A stretch of DNA of 64,000 bases from Nemertoderma westbladi. Its lineage: Eukaryota; Animalia; Xenacoelomorpha. The position numbers and the translations under genes were made by a program. The first letter of the stretch is position 1, and each line of letters opens with the position of its first letter. Shown here piece by piece: positions 1-13,598 of this stretch. Location of the stretch: NCBI GenBank assembly GCA_032718475.1, contig JAUCBJ010008261.1, forward strand, positions 55,372 to 119,371. Reading direction: 5' to 3'. The notes under the pieces are model-generated. The model did not search any database, was not told the origin of the DNA, and was given only the letters and a program-made list of their open reading frames with translations.

Positions 1-51
1 TTAACGCTGAAAAGCGACCTTTGCATACAATGATGTATGTAATTTTGTTAC

Positions 52-1065
52 TTATGTCAACTTATCAGTGTTCGGTATGTGAAGAAAGGATTTTATGGAT
101 GCTCATTTATCATATATAATCATTTACTATTTGGAATGTTAGTGAAAATTATTAACAGGTACCGGTACTATACATTTATATATAATTAAAGTTTATTGGA
201 AGTTATTTCCTGCTTGGATGTGATAAGTCTGTGTCTGAGTACGTCTGAGTCCGTTCAGTTTTACTGACCACTGTCGCCATATTTTCTTTGCTAATTTTCT
301 CTAAAATGTCTAAACAGTCTTAGACGTTAACAATTATTTACATAGGCCTACAGTAGCTAGTCCCGTCACTGCAAACTGGACGCACGCAATATGCAAACAC
401 GTGCTGCTTGATTGAATAAAGAAGCACGCATTAACATACATGAAAATAATACATTCTGGAATACGGTAATTGAAGTTGTTTCCATGTTATTGATTACTTT
501 GCAGCGTTCCGTCCTATAGGCTGCAACGCTGCAAAGTAGTACTTTGCACCGTTACGAGTAATTCACCAGAACGCTGTTAAGTTGACATAATGTAACAAAA
601 TTGAATTTAAAATTTAATTTTGTAATGATGCATTGCATTGCATAATGTAATGCAGAATGTATTATTACCATTTATGTTAATGAGTGCTGCTTTATTATCC
701 AGTTTGTAGTGACGGGACTAGCTACTGTATGTAAATAATTGTTTAACGTGTACTGTAATCCATTATGGCGAAACGTCCAATAGAAAACACTAAAATGACC
801 AAAGAAAATGGCGACAGTGTTCAGTAAAATTGAATGAATAACGGACACAGGCGGAGATTGCTTCAGTCGACTATAGTAAGATGGATTAACGATTTATCAC
901 ATCCATGCAGGGGATTACTTCCAATAAACTTTAATTAGATTTAGATGTATAATTAATACTGTTAATAAAATTCACTTATATTCGATATAGTACATGATTA
1001 AAATGTATAAATGAGCATCCATAAAATCCTTTATTTACATACCGAACGCTGATAAGTTGACATAA
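52..1065. repeat. Long imperfect inverted repeat / foldback (MITE-like): arms ~52-380 and ~698-1065
   Basis: ttatgtcaacttatcagtgttcggtatgt (52-80) is the near reverse complement of acataccgaacgctgataagttgacataa (1037-1065); cagtagctagtcccgtcactgcaaactgga (351-380) pairs with tccagtttgtagtgacgggactagctactg (698-727). Confidence 0.85.
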
Positions 1066-1084
1066 TGTAGCAATCTAAAAAAAA

Positions 1085-1790
1085 CCGAATACCTAATAAT
1101 CTCAAGAAAATATGACACTTACAACGATGTATTAATTAGGAATACGGCAATTACACGGGCTCAACACACGAAGTTCTTAGGAATATGGATTGACAAGAAA
1201 TTTATCATGGAAAACCAACTGCTCATACGTACTAAAAAAGATCTCAAAATCAATCGGTATATTTTTTAAACTACGTTATATACTGCCCACGCACATATTA
1301 ACACAACTATACTACACACTAACCCACCCCTACATAACATACGGCCCAGTTATATATGGGGCAAACGCACACCAAGAGTACATTAACCCAATCAAAATCA
1401 AAATTAACAAAATACTAAGAGCAATAACGTTCAACCATTACCGAGCACATGCTCCACCCATCTATAAACAACTTAACACATTGCCAGTCGATAAACAACA
1501 TCAACTAGATTCAGCCAAACTAATGTGGGAAATCTATAATAATAAAAAAAACAATTTATTACAACTCATTTCCAACAAACATCTATAGTACACACATACA
1601 ATACCCGATCGACCACAAACAAAAATTATTTCATACCACGCACACACCTACTACAAACACAACAATCTCTAAAATACCACGGTTCCGTCATCTGAATTCA
1701 CTGTCTAACGATCTGAAACAATCCAAAACAAAATAATACGTTTGCAAAAAACTATAAAATATACTTAATGAATACTATAAGCACTTAATA
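1085..1790 (+). pseudogene. 3' fragment of CR1/L2 (Crack-like) LINE ORF2
   Basis: KFLGIWID..LSWK, KISKSIGIFFKLR, LYYTLTHPYITYG and HTYNTR motifs; same family as the LINE at 36467-41498; frameshifts and stops. Confidence 0.8.
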
Positions 1791-3605
1791 CAGTAATCAG
1801 TTTCTCCTACCTTTACCTTTACCTTCCACTTCTACCTTTATATCTATAATACTGTGTAATATTGTAATATAATCCGCGAATACTAAAAAAATTAAAAAAA
1901 TTTACTGGCTAAGCAAATGAGTATCCCGACGGTTGTCCCAACCCCCCCCCCCCCCCCCCCCCCCCCCGATCACAGTGCTTAGACTGCACAATACTAGTAA
2001 TGCTACTGCGCAGTCTAGTCACGCAAGAAATTAGCCTTCAAAAAAATAAACAATCGGTCTAGTTAATCCAAAACAAAATGTACACGTAACGCAACAGTAC
2101 CAGTTTTATTATTATCATTTAACTAAATGTGCGGTATTATTGAAAAAGATCGGCCTTCTCAATTAAAAGAGCTCTTATATCCAATACAGTTGTTCATCGG
2201 GTCAAAATATTGGCCAAAAATATTGAACAGTATGCCAATAATTAAACTTTTGGCCAATCTTTGACAAAATTTGGATATTTTTGACAATTTTTAAATACTT
2301 ATAACTCTGTTTCTTTTAAATAGAACGAAACCGTTCCACTTGCGTAATATAGAGGGAAGGTGGGAGTTCCATTACTGTTATTGATATTGTGCGTTGCCTG
2401 AATATTAAGGGCCGGAAATTGGGGCCAAATAATGGTAATTTTGGTAATTGACAAAATAGGTTTTGGTAGAAAGTGGTTTTCTCCAAATTATGTCATTATA
2501 TTTGTCTGAAACGTTAACATCACAGATGGAAAATATAGCTCTACATTTTATCAAATTAATGTTAATGCAAAAAGTATTTGCTTACTGTAGTAAATAAGGG
2601 CTAAACTTAAGAAATCTGTATTTTCTGGAAATTTAGCCCAAAATTAGGTACTCAAAATGCCATATATATCGGCTTAAATTGCATTTTTCCGTAAATCCTT
2701 CAAATTATGTAGTTTCTTAGAATTCCTTTGGGCACATCTGTGCCAAATTTCATGAAAATCTGAGCAAGTTAAGTATTTTTGGAAGTTTGGCAAATTTTGG
2801 CCAAAAATATATTTTCACTTTTAAATTTGTTTTTATTTTAGACTCAGATTACATCAAATTATACTATTTAGGTACATCCGTGTGCTGAATCCGAATATGC
2901 ACGCCATTTTCGATTTCGACACTGTGTGTAGGTATGACAGACTAATAAAAAAAGTCCGTTAAATTACCGTCTTTTTGAAAGTTTGAGCTGTAGTTTAAAA
3001 ACTTCCTAGCAATTATATTTTCTAAAACTGTGCTCAATTAAAGAACGTTTTAGGGTAAGAAATGACACTGGCAACAATTTATATGAGTTGGCCCAACCCA
3101 CCCAATTTTACTCCAAACCGTCAAATTTTCACTGATTTTAACGAAATGAACCAATTTTCACCAAAAAATTACATATTTATCAAAAATAAAAGCAACTTCT
3201 TAGAAATTATATTTTTGTAACTTTGGTCCTTTTATAGAACATGATAGTAGAACAAAATTGACATAAAATAATATTCAGAAATTTTAAAGAGTTGCCTGAA
3301 CCTGGTCAATTTTGTGGTCAAATCTGGATTACGTAGCCACAAATTGACAATTCCCGGCACTTAAACTCTTATAGTTTAAAAATCATACCAAATATAAATA
3401 TTTTGAGTATAGTAATTGTAAAATTGCTATTTTGTTGTATTACTTAAACACTTTAAAATTTCCTCCATCAGTCCATTTAAATATCATACCATATGGCCTA
3501 CATCATACACATACCCAACCAATGCTACAGCTCTAGCCAATAACAGATAGTTTGTATCCTAGGATGGTGACACTTCTTGTAGTGTGAGGCAAGGTTAATG
3601 ACGAC

Positions 3606-4848
3606 TGGCGACTCGCCCTCGCGCCAGCAGATGATAGTGGCAATGGTGGAATTGGTCTTTTGATGAATCCAACTGCACATGCAGCATTGGACAAAATAGA
3701 CCAAATCTCTAACCGCATCATCCGTTGCCACTTCTCATGTTCTGGAAGACTGGCTAAGAAGTTTCCTAAGGTGGTTCTGATTGTGTGCTACTCTCCAACT
3801 AGTGTTGCCCCTGTAGATGAGGTATAAAATTTCTACCACAATCTACAAGCAGCTACTGATGGAGTAGATCAGCATGCATTCTTAGCATTCCTGGGAAACT
3901 TTAATGCAAGTCTACATCAATCACCTACATCGCCCTGGGTCTATAGCAATAGTGTTAACCGAAATTCTGTCCATCTTCAGGATTTTATCTCTGGAAATGG
4001 ATTGTTTTCGGCTGGAACCCAGTTCAAGAAGCGAACTGGAAAGCTATGGACTCATAGTGGACCCAGTGGTTACAAGTCCCAGATAGACCATATTCTGTTT
4101 CGTAGGAAATACAGGAGCTCTATACAAGACTGTAATGCATTTACACTTCGACCCTTCTCTAGTGATCACCGCCTTATTGTGGCCAAGGTAAGACTTAGTC
4201 TGCGTGCCAGCAGAACAACGAAATCTGCCTTGCCGCGGCATGACTGGTCCTCTCTGTTGCAACAGCCAAGTGTGAGATCCAGCTTCACACTACAGCTGAG
4301 CAACAGGTATGAGGTTCTTGCCTCTGAGGCGGCAGATCACTGTGAGGGCTATACTGCCTTCACAGAAGCAGTTAAGTTAGCAGCTGCGGAAACAGTTCCT
4401 GTATACCCTCGAAACAGGAAAAGGGCCCCCTGGACTGACAACAAAATTCAGAAGTGCCGAAATGACCTTCATAAGGCGCAGAAAGAGTCCAGACTCAAAC
4501 AGACTACAGCGGCCAAGAATGCAGTTAAGGCTGCATCTAGGTCCCTGAACAGGCAGTACTCTGTTAATCTACAGGAGCTAATAAACCCACAGGTTGATGC
4601 CATCAATGATGCTGACGACAGCAGGCAATCATCCCAGGCATGGAAATCGATCAATTTGCTTACTGGGCGGATAAGCCAACCAACCACCAAGGTTAAGGCT
4701 GAATCACCAGCCGATCGCCTCAATGGTTGGAAAGCCCACTTTGAAAAGCTCCTCAATAATGACAGGGTATTGAATGATAACTTTATAGAAGTAAAAGTGT
4801 CTGAGTCTGTACTCCCAGATATTCCCATTGGCGATATCTCCTTTGCAG
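3606..4848 (+). mobile_element. RTE-clade LINE fragment (APE endonuclease region), left arm of an inverted duplication
   Basis: VCYSPT, GNFNA, WTH..SQIDHIL and SDHRL APE motifs; near reverse complement of 4861-6103. Confidence 0.9.
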
Positions 4849-6694
4849 CAGCCTTCACTTCTGCAAAGGAGATATCGCCAATGGGAATATCTGGGAGTAC
4901 AGACTCAGACACTTTTACTTCTATAAAGTTATCAGGCAATACCCTGTCATTATTGAGGAGCTTTTCAAAGTGGGCCTTCCAACCATTGAGGCGATCGGCT
5001 GGTGATTCAGCCTTAACCTTGGTGGTTGGTTGGCTTTTTCGTCCGCAAGCAAGGTGATCGATCTCCATGCCTGGGATGATTGCCTGCTGTCGTCAGCATC
5101 ATTGATGGCATCAACCTGTTGGTTTATTAGCTCCTGTAAATTAACAGAGTACTGCCTGTTCAGGGACCTAGATGCAGCCTTAACTGCTTTCTTGGCCGCT
5201 GTAGTCTGTTTGGGTCGGGACTCTTTCTGCGCCTTGTAGAGGTCATTTCGGCACTTCTGAATTTTGTTGTCAGTCCAGGGGGCCCGTTTCCTGTTTCGAG
5301 GGTATACAGGAACTGTTTCTACAGCTGCTAACTTAACTGCCTCTGTGAAGGCAGTATAGCCCTCGAAGTGATCTGCCGCCTCAGTGGCAAGAACCTCATA
5401 CCTGTTGCTCAACTGTAGTGTGAAGCTGGATTTCACACTTGGCTGTTGCAACAAAGAGGACCAGTCATGACGTGGCAAGGCAGATTTCGTTGTTCTGCTA
5501 GCACGCAGACTAAGTCTTACCTTGGCCACAGTAAGGCGGTGATCACTGGATAAGGGTCGTAGTGTAAATGCATTACAGTCTTGTATAGAGCTCCTGTATT
5601 TCCTACAAAACAGGATGTGGTCTATCTGGGACTTGTGACCATTGGGTCCACTATGAGTCCATAGCTTTCCAGTTCGCTTCTTGAACTGGGTTCCAGCCGA
5701 AAACAATCCATTTCCAGAGATAAACTCCTGCGGATGGACGGAATTTCGGTTAACACTATTGCTATAGACCCAGGGCGATGTAGGTGATTGATGCAGACTT
5801 GCATTAAAGTTTCCCAGGAATGTTAAGAATGCATGCTGATCCACTCCATCAGTAGCTGCTTGTAGATTCTGGTAGAAATTTTCCACCTCCTCTACAGGGG
5901 CAACACTAGTTGGAGAGTAGCACACAATCAGAACCACCTTAGGAAACGTCTTAGCCAGTCTTCCAGAACACGAGAAGTGGCAACGGATGATGCGGTTAGA
6001 GATTTGGTCTATTTTGTCCAATGCTGCATGTGCAGTTGGATTCATCAATAGATCAATTCCACCATTGCCACTATCATCTGCTGGAGCGAGGGTGAGTCGC
6101 CAACCACCCCCCATGTCCTTAATCAGAACCTCATCAGTCTGTCCAGTCTGCATTCGGTGCTCTTGAACACCCACTGCACTAAGAGAAAGCTTATCTGCCA
6201 AGCCAGTCAGGAGATAACTGACGCCTGTGAGGCCGATTGTGTCCGGTAATTCCACTGGCCGGACCTCCGCATTACTAATGTAATCCATAGTGGGGGGTTG
6301 GGGGGTGCTTTTTTGCCGAGTCAGCTCTCGGGGCAAATACCACACCCTGGTTTGCCATTCCACAGGGTGGGTGTCGCAATGGAGACAGATATGAGGCCCA
6401 TCACCTATATCTACTCTGGCGCACATGACCCACCATTGGCTGTGCAGCTCATCTGCTGGGTCATGCCCTGTACCCCTGCTGCCAGGTGCAGGTCGCAGTG
6501 AAGTGCACTCATAATGGACATGACAACACTCTACTCCTGACCAGCCATTGGTAGATCACCATCTGCCTGGTCAGGCCATATACCCCTGCAGCCAAGTATA
6601 TGGGTCCTTAATCCAGGACCAAGGGCGTCCTTATCCCAGAACGAAGGGGGTCCTAGTTACAGGACCAGATTTGCCCTAGTAAGAGGGTCTATGC
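4849..6694 (-). mobile_element. RTE-clade LINE 5' portion (5'UTR + APE), right arm of the inverted duplication
   Basis: ORF 4921-6426 with GVQEHR, CYSPT, GNFNA, SQIDHIL and SDHRL; its 5' end matches the copy ending at 51387 (agtaagagggtctatgc). Confidence 0.9.
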
Positions 6695-7188
6695 ACCTCC
6701 TTTATGCTGTATGGAGGTGGCAAGTTTTCTTGATCAATGACCTAGAATACCTGACCTGACCATAATATAATACTAAAGTACTAATGAATTGATATATGAG
6801 AGAAGTGACAATTAATGTAGAAATGCACCTAAGGAATGAAGTACTTGACCAAAAACACAATATAAAACCGCAATAATGACAATAATCACTACCAACATCT
6901 GACTAATCTAGGTATCACCTTCACCTGTTATACACAAATTGTTAGCTACTCTTCCCCAGCCGTGAGTGACCCTGGTATTTCCCTCAAATGTATGTACTAA
7001 TAGTCTCTTTTTACCATAACAAATAATCAGATGCATTGTTCCTCTGTACGTTCATACCTTTCTTAATGGCTATGTAATCATGTCATACCATCACTCACGC
7101 TGTAGCCAATATCACATCCCCTGTTACTACCCTTCTATTTATGTAGCTTATTGGTTTGGGATTACTTCAATAACATAGCTCCTATTAA

Positions 7189-10100
7189 AGCTGCTAAAAA
7201 CGGATTGTTTTAAAGGCTCTGATCTGATTCTTACAGCTGATGGAAATTTGGTGAAAAAGAGAGTTAATGATGGAACCAGACGGGATGGTAACGATGGCGG
7301 TACAAATGCTTAGGAATCCAGCCCTCAACCTAACTTTGGTGATGGTATTATTAGTTTAGGCTGTTATAATGTGAATGGTTGGACTGTTTTTAACAAGGAA
7401 CTACGACAAAGTATTATAGGTAATGAGAACTTAAGATATAGTGGTTGTATGTGAAACCCATCAGTCTACTAATGACGATATTTCTTTTTACTTCGATGAT
7501 TTCAAGTATAAATGGTACAGTCATCCTCGCTGTACAGCACACAAAGATAGTTCGCATACGTTTGGTGGTGTTGGAATATTTGTTAAGCAAACTATGTTGG
7601 ATACTAATGGGTATACAGTCCATGTTTTTGATAAAGAGATGGAAGGAATCCTAGGTATAGAATTTAGGCATAAGGCGGAAGCTCGTTCTTTTGTTCTGTT
7701 TTGCGTGTTATCTCCCGCCTGAAAACTCAGTTTATGGCCGTGATTCAAATGAATTCTACGCAAATCTGTTGGCCCGTGTTTTTACTGCTGCAGATGAAGT
7801 AGATCACATACTTATAGCTGGCATACTTATATACTAGCATACTTATATACTAAACAGTAGAATCGGTAATCTAACAGATGTAATTGCCGGTATTGATGAA
7901 GTTGCAGTTGAACGTCGAGCTATAGATACGGTAAAAAATCATCATGGTAGAAACTTTATTGAGTTTTGCAAGGAAGCGCGCGTTTGTATCTGTAATGGTA
8001 GAGGTGACCCAAGCAACGACAATTTCACTCTCGTTAACAAAAGAGGTAGCTCAGTTGTAGACTATTTTGCTGTATCGCACGACGCGCTGAAATACTGTAA
8101 AGATTTTTCTGTTCAATTGACTTCGGAGATAATGGAGAAACACAATCTAGGTAAACTCTGCTCTGAAAAGTCTAATCCTCCAGATCATTCGCTGATTTGT
8201 ATGAATTTTCAACTGCCTACTTACGTTAGTGAGTGCACAGATTTTAATCAACAACATAGTGCCGGTAATCATAGTTCTCACCGTGTTGGAAAAATCAAAA
8301 CCAAAGATATTCCGGTCTCCTTTATGCACAACGCTATTTGGTGGGGAGCGATTGAAGTTCTTTGCAGTAGATTAGAGGAATTTCGAAGCAATCAAATTAA
8401 ATTAGATGATTTGTATACAGATATATGTGACGCGATTATAGATGAAGCGAAGTCTAGCTCTATCTTTGTTACGCCTACCTCAAGCTCAATGAGAAAGAGA
8501 TTTAAAGTTAGAAACCATATAAACCATATGGTTAAACCATATTGGGACGACGAACTACATTCGGCTTGGAAGAACTACAACAATAATGAGAAGATATATA
8601 CAGAAAATAAGCGCACCCATGGACTAGTCGGTTCTGTTAGGGATCTACACTCTGAATTTGTTTCGGCTCGCAATAACTTTGATCGCCTTCTACGATCTAA
8701 AGAGCAAAAATTTAGAGCGGATTTTCGGAATGAAATTAGCGACTTAAACACCAGTCATCCTAAAAAGTTTTGGGAACACATGAAAGATCTAGGACCAAAA
8801 TCAAAATCGGATATTCCGCTTGAAGTTGTTAAAGAAGATGGCTCTATCTTGACTAATCAGGAAGACGTATTATATGCTTGGAAAGAAAATTGGAATGCGT
8901 TGCTAATCCCAGTCCAAGATAAAGTTCCTGAATCAAGTGACAACAATGACGAATATTTCGAGTAAGTAAAACAACATAATGAAGAGCTTGAATGGTTTAT
9001 GTGCACATCTTCTAGGGATAAAGAATCTGATATAAATCAACCATTTACTTTGGAAGAATTAATACGTGTGGTATCTAAACTTAAGCTTGGAAAGGCAGTC
9101 TGTGCAGATTATTTACCAAATGAAATTTACAAACGTGAATCTATTCATATTCTATTATTGTATTTGTTCAATGCTATTTTCAAGGTGGGTATTGTACCAA
9201 GTGTTTGGCTACAAGGATTAAATAAACCAATCCCGAAGGGTACAGCATCTGATCCTAGGAGTCCATCGAGCTATCGTGGTATTAGTCTGCTCTCAATGAT
9301 GTGTAAAGTGTACATAGCGATTTTAAACGAGCGAGTTATAAAATATTGAGATTACAACGACATATTAGCTGAAGAACAGAATATATTTCGTCCAGGCCGT
9401 AGTTGTGATGAGAACATTTATGTTTTACACTCCATTATTAAAACTCGTTTGGATGATGGTATAGACACCTTTGTGGCATTTTTAGACTTTTCCAAAGCCT
9501 TTGATTGTGTGGACTGCGATCTTCTATTGTATAGATTACTTTCCGTTGGCATTGGAGGTAACATGTATAAATCGATGAAGGCGCTTTATACTGGTACACT
9601 ATCTTCTGTTATGGTTAACTCTTTTCGCACAGAGTGCAGTGGTTTAGTACAGATCGGGGTGTGCGGCAGGGCGACAACCTCTCACGAACTCTTTTTAATA
9701 TATTCGTAAATACACTATTAGAGGATGTTAAAAATATAGGCGTTGGGATTCATTTGGGTGATACTCTCTTTAATGTTTTGGCTTACACAGATGATATTGC
9801 ATTAATAGCTGACGCTGAAGAAGATTTACAGCATCTACTTAATGGTTTAGGTGATTGGATATCCAGATGGAAAATGTCCATTAACGCAAAGAAATGTAAT
9901 GTGCTGCATTTTAGAAGCTCTAGAAAGAATCAAACCAATATTAGATTCTGTGTAAATGATATAGAAATAAAGTTGGCCAATTCATATCGCTATTTGGGTG
10001 TCTATTGTTTATTGTTTATTATTTGGGTGAAGCTTTTAAAGTTTTAGCTGATGCTGCTAGGCGAGCTTTCAGGGGTATAATAAATAAGTTAAGTCATTAG

Positions 10101-11193
10101 GAGGCTTTAATTATGATACTTATACTAAGCTATTCTTATCTTGTGTTGTGCCGATTCTGGACTACGGGTCAAGTGTTTGGGGATACGTTGAATCATCAGA
10201 GGCAAGAATGGTTCAGTTAAAAGTGATGCGCTATTTCTTAGGTGTTCATCGATTCTCTCCAGATTTAGCTGTTGAAGGTGATGTTGGGTGGATATCTTCT
10301 AGACACCGACATTATATTTCTATGTGTAGATTTTGGAATAAGCTAGTTGGTATGAACCAATCCAGAATAGCAAAAAAAGTTTTTAATTATGCATATGAAA
10401 ATAACGTTGGATGGTGTAGAGAATTAAAGGCTATATTTAATCCTGTCGAATTTGGTGATCATCTATACAATTCTAAAACTAAGTGCAATTTTTCTAAATG
10501 CTGTTCAAAATATTTCCATCATATTTGGAAGGCAGAAGTGCAAGAAAAACCGAAACTCAGGCAGTATAACAACTTCAAAACTAGTTACGGTGCAGAATCA
10601 TATGTGAAATCTAACCTGCTAGGCAGAAAGCAACGGAGCTTGTTAGCTCAATTTAGATGCAGCATTTTGCAGCTCTAAATGTAGAAGTGGGACGCTACCA
10701 AAATAAGAATACCTTTACAGAATAGAAAATGTAAATTGTGTATATTAGATTATAGATATTGAAGATGAAATACATTTTCTATGTAGATGTCCAATTTATG
10801 ATGTTTGTATAAATTTATTTCCCGATATTATTACAACTTTACAGGATTCTGATAAGATTATATTTTTAATGCAACATGAACAAATATTTTCAGGACGAAT
10901 TATTTCAAAAATGTATGATATTAGAAGAAATAACTTATATAATTCAGTGTAGATCAAGTTGTTATTATTATTACAGTTAGGGTAATTCTTGTATGATTTA
11001 ACGTGTATTATTATATTTATTAGGGTAAATCTGATGTATTATCATTTTTGTAAGATTTAAGGTGAATTTATATTATCTCTAAATATGGTTCAATTTGTTA
11101 TCTTTGTATTTTATGTGTTATTGTTTGCTGTCATGTAAACCATTGTTGGTTGGGGGCAAGAAGGCCCATGACATTAAATTTCAATCACATAGC
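7189..11193 (+). mobile_element. 5'-truncated degenerate RTE-X LINE (end of ORF1, ORF2 APE-RT-CCHC)
   Basis: GCYNVNG, VCETH, YRGISLLS, FLDFSKAFD, GVRQGDNLS, LAYTDD; C-terminal EVGRY..RKCKLC..EDEIHFLCRC; TSD tagctcctattaa at 7176-7188 and 11194-11206. Confidence 0.85.
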
Positions 11194-11581
11194 TAGCTCC
11201 TATTAACCTCTAGGGTCTGTAAGGTAATGAATTAGTTAGTGTTGTATTGTCCTGTTTTCCCTGTCTGGACAGGTGGAATTTGTCCGTGAGCCTATTTTAT
11301 AGGGATTAACACCAGGAAAGGCCCCTGGCCCCACCTGTTAGGATACAGCAATAATTATAGAATAAACTTATTCCTATATTATCTAAATCCCGGAGTATTG
11401 AGTACCGATTTAATTTGAAACCTGCGAAGGATCCAAACTCGACTACACTCAGGATAGCCACATGCCTCGTTTTATCTTGCAGTACCCAATGTGTATTCCT
11501 AGTCAGTGATTCGTTTAGTGTAGCCAGTGCATACGGTGTCACATAGTTACAGAATTTAAATTATTTATATAGTTAACTTAC

Positions 11582-11707
11582 CCCAAATGCAGAATTCACC
11601 ATTACCATCAAAACCACTATTGCATTCACATGTGAAACCACCCATAGTATTTGTGCAGCTGGCATCAATGTGACAATTGTGAGTATTGGTAATACATTCA
11701 TCAATAT
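11582..11707 (-). CDS. Host gene exon (6th in window): calcium-binding EGF module (D)[41 protein letters not shown]
   Basis: 126 nt, acceptor cag and donor gtaagt, phase 1-1, six Cys with DIDEC and CxNxxGxFxC consensus, no stop. Confidence 0.92.
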
Positions 11708-11864
11708 CTGAAGCATAAAATCAATTTTCTGTAACCCAATTAAATCCAGGATATAGAAACTATTTAAATCATTGTATGAAGATTAGCACTTTTCAGCATT
11801 ATGACCCGAGTGAATTTATTGTACTGAGCGAGCGCAGCAAGGAAGTTTACATAAATATACAATA

Positions 11865-13077
11865 TGTAAAAAGAAAGTATTTTGAGCCAAGATTTTGAAA
11901 GATAGTTGTTGTCCTTCAAAAATAAACTGCACTGCATCAGCGCCTGGTGTTTGCAAAAATTTGACCAAAAAATATATGCGGTTTCTGTTTGAGGTTATTT
12001 AAATACACCACACAAATAATTATGGTTCTCTCCCAGAGGTAATTCATAAATCAATATTGAAATTAAATTTCCTTCACCACACAAACGAAACAAATCTTGT
12101 TACTGCCTTGTCCCACGAAGGGAACTATAGAAGCAATCAATTATATATATGGTCTCAAGCATTATGACTAGGCCTAGAGTTCAATGGGGTTGACATAGAG
12201 TTCATAAGTCATGATTGGATTATAACTCATTATCGAGTTTGTATTATGCAGAATGAGTTCAGAAATGTCAAGTTGGGGCTGATCTTTACTCCCATCATTA
12301 TAAAACGAGTTTGAAACGAACTTGAAAGAGTTCACAGCGAGTTCTTCAATGATAATGAGTTTGATTTCCTTTGATAAGAGTTTTCTCCAGAGTTCAATGA
12401 GGATGTCATATTGATCTTTGGCTGTTGTTCGCTCAAGGGAATCCCGTTGAATCCCCCCTGTAGCCCACTCCCTTCCTCGCTCTGAGCATAACACGACCCA
12501 AGCTCCTCCCAAGGAATAAATTCCAAGGGAAGAAAATGACCTCCATGTTGTCCGACTCAAGAAGATCGGCCCATTCTAAACCCAGCGTATCGGTTTTTCT
12601 CCGGATACTGTCGAGGTGGAAGAATTGATCTCAGTCCCAGCCACTGAGATTGGAAGGAAGTACGACCTCGGGATGGGGAATGTAGTTCATCTCACAATCC
12701 GTAGCCATTCCATCTGATACCAAACCAAAGGCTGTCCGGGGATGAACTGGAGCAGCCAGGTTTGGACAGCTATCAATCCAACCTCAGGGTAAGTTAGTAA
12801 TGCATAATCACTTTATACATGAACCAGTATTGATCCACAGTGTAATGTTTCAAAAGTTAGGTGTAATAAGTTGGCAAGGATTTAATAATAAAGTATCTTA
12901 CATAAGACTAAGTCTCAATCAACCCCCACCAAATTGATTACTGATATATAACATTATTTAATCAATAAACAAAGGTCATACATGTTTACAACATGTTAAA
13001 CAAACCACCACCAACAGGGTTACATTAAAATCCACAAAGGCTATACAAGTTTATATTGGGTGAGTATGGACATTACA
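11865..13077 (-). repeat. 3' LTR of Gypsy element (TGTAA...TTACA)
   Basis: On the minus strand the purine tract ggggcaagaaaagcagagg is followed directly by TGTAATG at 13077; the opposite end tgtaa at 11865 coincides with loss of homology to the 25470 paralog; truncated second copy at 18680-19721. Confidence 0.65.
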
Positions 13078-13598
13078 CCTCTGCTTTTCTTGCCCCTATG
13101 GAAATATGAGTCGTTCTAGAACATGACATAGTCTCCATAGTGGATCAGCAAGCGTCGTGTGCATTGCGAGCGTCTCTGAGTAGGCAGTGATTGGTTGATG
13201 TTTTCAGGCCCCCTGTTTGTGGCTTCAACTTCCGATTGGTACACAGTTTCTGGTGAGGTCATTGATATGTTTAGATCTCCATCCAACCAGTCATTCTTTC
13301 GTTCATGGTGATGTTCCGCTCTTCTTTGTCGTATGTTGTCGTAGTTAATTGGTGTGTTTGTCTTAATTTGCTTCCACTTCTGTGCGTCTCTAGTTATCTC
13401 TTTTCCATCCTGATTACCTTTTATTTGGTGGCCAACGACGTCTGTGACAGTATGAGGCTTTGGATCGAAAGATGGATCAAAATTGATTTTGTCTGTTTTT
13501 GTTTGAGCAGCACTTGGTCTCCTTTTGAAATTTCATGTGGCTTTACGAAGTGTTTGGCGTATTTGTATCCTTTCTGTTTTTCTTTGGCCAACATGTCA

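Noticed and set aside
1941-1967. Long G/C homopolymers (also ~31537, 36808, 45455, 52041, 57762, 59258) as G-quadruplex regulators
   Set aside because: Mostly parts of TE termini or LINE UTRs, and homopolymer lengths are unreliable in assemblies
2120-3500. AT-rich probable non-autonomous DNA transposon
   Set aside because: TE-like motifs are present (tgtgccaaatttcatgaaaatc) but no TIRs or TSD could be identified
4002-5068. 351-aa (+) and 199-aa (-) ORFs as novel proteins
   Set aside because: They read through the palindrome centre into antisense RTE sequence
12174-12560. 128-aa ORF duplicated at 18798-19187 as an accessory gene
   Set aside because: Lies inside the LTR, has a non-ATG start and no motif; its conservation is explained by recent duplication
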